In this document: positions 58,729-63,502 of the stretch, one piece after another
Numbering within the stretch: position 1 is the stretch's first letter
How the letters are laid out: every line of letters begins with the position of its first letter
Assembly: GCA_032718475.1 (NCBI GenBank)
Contig: JAUCBJ010006624.1
Location: forward strand, 1 to 63,502
Direction of reading: 5' to 3'
Origin: Nemertoderma westbladi
Lineage: Eukaryota > Animalia > Xenacoelomorpha
DNA: 63,502 nt
Program-made: the position numbers and the translations under genes
Notes under the pieces: generated by a model
Told to the model about the DNA's origin: nothing
What the model saw: the letters and a program-made list of their open reading frames with translations, nothing else
The model's database searches: none

Positions 58729-58740
58729 TATATCCGTTAT
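58729..58740 (-). promoter_or_regulatory. Primer-binding-site position of copy B (ATAACGGATATA), not tRNA-type
   Basis: Abuts the 5' LTR end ...GCGAACA with no gap. Exact reverse complement of the LTR 12-mer TATATCCGTTAT (59392-59381 and 49362-49351). Confidence 0.8.
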
Positions 58741-59833
58741 TGTTCGCGCTTTCAGACCTTTGGCAGTTTAACCCGCCAAATTAGGATGTCTTCTAGATAA
58801 TAAATCACCTTTAGCCTAATGTAAGCCTAATGTATTATTCGACTGACAGTATTATATAATCTCTGACAATATTATTCACCTTCGGGGAATATTAACAGTT
58901 CCTTTAGGACGTGGCGCTCTATCTATATAAACAGAGTTATGACTTAAACTACTCACAACGATATGGCTTAGTTATAATTCACATATATGGCGCATTCTTT
59001 AGGAAATGCTTCGTTATCAGTCTCACTCATGCACAATGCTGCACAATACTGCATACTAATCTGCCGATCTTCACTGATTTTAGTCACATATAAAAGGAAC
59101 ACGGACCGAATCATGTAGGGTCTATCAAATAACATTAGATTCACTTCAAACCACTCAACATAGGTCGCAATCATTTATCTGTAACCCTTCTCTCTTACCT
59201 TCGGTATATCAAGAATATTGGGTTTTCGGGGTTATTTGTCGTTATTCCAAATATAATAATTCATCAACCATATTATGAAGAACCGACAGTAAATAGCAGT
59301 ATAACAATATAAAGTATGCACAGGTTGTTTGATTAGGTATGGTATGTTATGTTGTGATAAATGCAGTGATCAGACATCAGATAACGGATATATGTCCTTA
59401 TAATTAAGCCTACTAGTGTAGGACTAAAAACTGAAAACACGGAGGTGCCAAAAGCCGGTTCTTAGGCTCTGGGCAAAACATAACACTGAACTACTGAGTT
59501 TCTGTATACACCTCTAACACAGAGACAACAAACGCTCTGATTGGTCAACCTGAACAACGAGAGAACAAAGAAACAAAGAAACGTCGACGTGGCAATATCA
59601 GCTGCTAGCCGTCGTCATGGTAGCGACACTGTTTTCAAGAGTATCGAGCTTTTACGTCACGGAATTACGGATTATGTCCTCTAAAGTACAAATACAGAAG
59701 AAATAGCTTTTATGTCCGCTAAAACACCAGTACAGCAAGGACACGGCCTTTTTATGCCTGGTAAACCAACTACAGAGTATTTTACGGGAAAAATAAGGAA
59801 AAATAACCGGACAATTCAGCAAAAGCTTTTACA
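58741..59833 (-). repeat. 5' LTR of copy B (1093 bp)
   Basis: Matches 48606-49803 with a 105-bp deletion near 58818. Confidence 0.93.
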
Positions 59834-62800
59834 TTTTGTGTTTACCAATACTATAGATGGAGCTTCGCAAATGTCGTGATCTTTGCGAAATATTTTGTGT
59901 TTACCAATAATATACATGGAGTTTTGCAAATGTCGCAATCGTCGCGAAATATTTTGTGTTTACCAATAATATACATGGAGTTTTGCAAATGTTGCAATCG
60001 TCGCGAAATATTTTGTGTTTACCAATACTATAGATGGAGCTTCGCAAATGTCGTGATCTTTGCGAAATATTTTGTGTTTACCAATAATATACATGGAGTT
60101 TTGCAAATGTCGCAATCGTCGCGAAATATTTTGTGTTTACCAATAATATACATGGAGTTTTGCAAATGTTGCAATCGTCGCGAAATATTTTGTGTTTACC
60201 AATACTATAGATGGAGCTTCGCAAATGTCGCAATCTTCGCGAAATATTTTGTGTTTACCAATACTATAGGTGGAGCTTTTCAAATGTCGCGATCCTTGCG
60301 AAATATTTTGTGTTTACCAATACTATAGATAGAGCTTCGCAAATGTCGCAATCTTCGCGAAATATTTTGTGTTTACCAATACTATAGGTGGAGCTTTGCA
60401 AACGTCTCGATCTTCGCAAAATATTTTGTGTTTACCAATACTTTAGGTGGAGCTTCGCAAACGTCATGATCTTCGTGACATATTTTGTGTTTACCAATAC
60501 TATAGGTGGAGCTTTGCAAACGTCTCGATCTTCGCGAAATATTTTGTGTTTACCAATACTATAGATGGAGCTTCGCAAATGTCGTGATCTTCGCGAAATA
60601 TTTTGTGTTTACCAATACTATAGGTGGAGCTTTGCAAACGTCTCGATCTTCGCGAAATATTTTGTGTTTACCAATACTATAGATAGAGCTTCGCAAATGT
60701 CGCAATCTTCGCGAAATATTTTGTGTTTACCAATACTATAGATGGAGCTTCGCAAATGTCGTGATCTTCGCGAAATATTTTGTGTTTACCAATACTATAG
60801 ATAGAGCTTCGCAAATGTCGCAATCTTCGCGAAATATTTTGTGTTTACCAATACTATAGGTGGAGCTTTGCAAACGTCTCGATCTTCGCAAAATATTTTG
60901 TGTTTACCAATACTTTAGGTGGAGCTTCGCAAACGTCATGATCTTCGTGACATATTTTGTGTTTACCAATACTATAGGTGGAGCTTTGCAAACGTCTCGA
61001 TCTTCGCGAAATATTTTGTGTTTACCAATACTATAGATGGAGCTTCGCAAATGTCGTGATCTTCGCGAAATATTTTGTGTTTACCAATACTATAGGTGGA
61101 GCTTTGCAAACGTCTCGATCTTCGCGAAATATTTTGTGTTTACCAATACTATAGATAGAGCTTCGCAAATGTCGCAATCTTCGCGAAATATTTTGTGTTT
61201 ACCAATACTATAGATGGAGCTTCGCAAATGTCGTGATCTTCGCGAAATATTTTGTGTTTACCAATACTATAGATAGAGCTTCGCAAATGTCGCAATCTTC
61301 GCGAAATATTTTGTGTTTACCAATACTATAGGTGGAGCTTTGCAAACGTCTCGATCTTCGCAAAATATTTTGTGTTTACCAATACTTTAGGTGGAGCTTC
61401 GCAAACGTCGCGATCTTCGCGAAATATTTTGTGTTTACCAATACTATAGATAGAGCTTCGCAAATGTCGCAATCTTCGCGAAATATTTTGTGTTTACCAA
61501 TACTATAGGTGGAGCTTTGCAAACGTCTCGATCTTCGCAAAATATTTTGTGTTTACCAATACTATAGATAGAGCTTCGCAAATGTCGCAATCTTCGCGAA
61601 ATATTTTGTGTTTACCAATACTATAGATAGAGCTTCGCAAATGTCGCAATCTTCGCGAAATATTTTGTGTTTACCAATACTATAGGTGGAGCTTCGCAAA
61701 CGTCGCGATCTTCGCAATATTTTGTGTTTACCAATACTATAGGTGGAGCTTTGCAAACGTTGTGATCTTCGCAATATTTTGTGTTTACCAATACTATAGA
61801 TGGAGCTTGGCAAATGTCGTGATCTTTGCGAAATATTTTGTGTTTACCAATAATATACATGGAGTTTTGCAAATGTCGCAATCGTCGCGAAATATTTTGT
61901 GTTTACCAATAATATACATGGAGTTTTGCAAATGTTGCAATCGTCGCGAAATATTTTGTGTTTACCAATACTATAGATGGAGCTTTTCAAATGTCGCGAT
62001 CCTTGCGAAATATTTTGTGTTTACCAATACTATAGATAGAGCTTCGCAAATGTCGCAATCTTCGCGAAATATTTTGTGTTTACCAATACTATAGGTGGAG
62101 CTTTGCAAACGTCTCGATCTTCGCAAAATATTTTGTGTTTACCAATACTTTAGGTGGAGCTTCGCAAACGTCATGATCTTCGTGACATATTTTGTGTTTA
62201 CCAATACTATAGGTGGAGCTTTGCAAACGTCTCGATCTTCACGAAATATTTTGTGTTTACCAATACTATAGATGGAGCTTCGCAAATGTCGTGATCTTCG
62301 CGAAATATTTTGTGTTTACCAATACTATAGGTGGAGCTTTGCAAACGTCTCGATCTTCGCGAAATATTTTGTGTTTACCAATACTATAGATAGAGCTTCG
62401 CAAATGTCGCAATCTTCGCGAAATATTTTGTGTTTACCAATACTATAGATGGAGCTTCGCAAATGTCGCGATCTTCGCGATATTTTGTGTTTAACAATAC
62501 TATAGGTGGAGCTTCATAAACGTCACAATCTTCGTGACATATTTTGTGTTTACCAATACTATAGTTGGAGCTTCGCAAACGTCGCGATCTTCACGATATT
62601 TTGTGTTTACCAATACTATAGGCAGAGCTTCGCAAACGTCGCGATCTTTGCGAAATATTTTGTGTTTACCAATAATATAGATGGAGTTTCGCAAATGTCG
62701 CAATCGTCGCGAAAAATTTTGTGTTTACCAATACTATAGATGGAGTTTCACAAATGTCGCGATCTTCGCGATATTTTGTGTTTAACAATACTATAGATGG

Positions 62801-63215
62801 AGCTTCGCAAATGTCGTGATCTTTGCGAAATATTTTGTGTTTACCAATAATATAGATGGAGTTTCGCAAATGTCGCAATCGTCGCGAAAAATTTTGTGTT
62901 TACCAATACTATAGATGGAGTTTCACAAATGTCGCGATCTTCGCGATATTTTGTGTTTAACAATACTATAGATGGAGCTTCGCAAATGTCGTGATCTTTG
63001 CGAAATATTTTGTGTTTACCAATAATATAGATGGAGTTTCGCAAATGTCGCAATCGTCGCGAAAAATTTTGTGTTTACCAATACTATAGATGGAGTTTCA
63101 CAAATGTCGCGATCTTCGCGATATTTTGTGTTTACCAATACTATAGATGGAGCTTCGCAAATGTCGCGATCTTTGCGAAATAGTTTGTGTTTACCAATAC
63201 TATAGGTGGAACTTT
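59834..63215. repeat. 59-bp satellite, right part (about 57 copies with local higher-order units)
   Basis: Same monomer and phase as 47092-48605, with 175-bp trimers near 62660-63190. Confidence 0.97.
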
Positions 63216-63502
63216 GATAAAAAAAATTCTCAACCTTTAATAATATTATTTTATTAATGTGTCCGAGTTCGCTCGACCTAGTAGTAGTACTATTTATTAA
63301 TACCATTATAGGTACAGCTACGCAAAAATAGCAAAATTTCTGGAAGGCCTACACAAATACATGGACTTCTAGAATACAATTTTATACCATCTGTATGTAT
63401 ATATATACCATTCTAGAATTCTGTGAACAATACTAATACTAATATTGTCATATACATACTATAGCACATGTTAGCTATTTTATTTAAAAAAAAAAAATTT
63501 CT

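Larger units (their letters stand above)
48606..59833 (-). mobile_element. BEL/Pao copy B, non-autonomous (Gag-protease only), complete with two LTRs and a 5-bp TSD
   Basis: TSD TTTTG at 48601-48605 and 59834-59838 inside a satellite monomer. The LTRs are near-identical apart from a 105-bp deletion in the 5' LTR and a few substitutions. Confidence 0.95.

Noticed and set aside
58700-58740. A canonical tRNA primer-binding site
   Set aside because: No TGG follows the LTR end in copy B or the homologous position in copy A. A match to an internal tRNA fragment cannot be excluded without a search.
47092-63215. 59-bp array, and likewise the 39-, 60- and 147-bp arrays, as CRISPR-like repeat-spacer arrays
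   Set aside because: Monomers are homologous along their whole length with no unique spacers, no cas genes are present, and the context is eukaryotic.
59876-63306. Repeated ORFs in the satellite (59876, 61562, 62666 and others; also 47912 and 48447)
   Set aside because: They are translations of a 59-bp repeat that cycles through frames, with no coding signature.

Overview
This is repeat-dense animal (invertebrate-type) genomic DNA with spliceosomal introns and no prokaryotic features. It holds two host-like genes: a two-exon coiled-coil plus PACT-domain gene of the pericentrin/AKAP9 family (6087-8792, +), and a two-exon 84-aa RING-finger gene (12352-11572, -) that the ORF track misses. The rest is nested mobile DNA. 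A P-superfamily THAP transposon (15387-26948, 71-bp TIRs, 7-bp TSD) contains three head-to-tail non-autonomous Helitrons built from 147-bp monomers, most with a CTCF-like motif. A MULE transposase is interrupted by a related repeat element and by a BEL/Pao LTR retrotransposon. That BEL/Pao family has three copies: A (31341-47091, +, intact 2732-aa gag-pol), B (48606-59833, -, Gag-protease only, 5-bp TSD) and C (1-2844, 3' end only). A and B lie tail to tail in a 59-bp satellite. The strongest signal is that this family has no tRNA-type primer-binding site. The 12 nt after the 5' LTR are the exact reverse complement of a 12-mer inside the element's own LTR, and the two sites change together at 2 positions between copies A and B. 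This points to Tf1-like self-primed reverse transcription in a BEL/Pao element. All alignments and coordinates were read by eye, and no database search was run.
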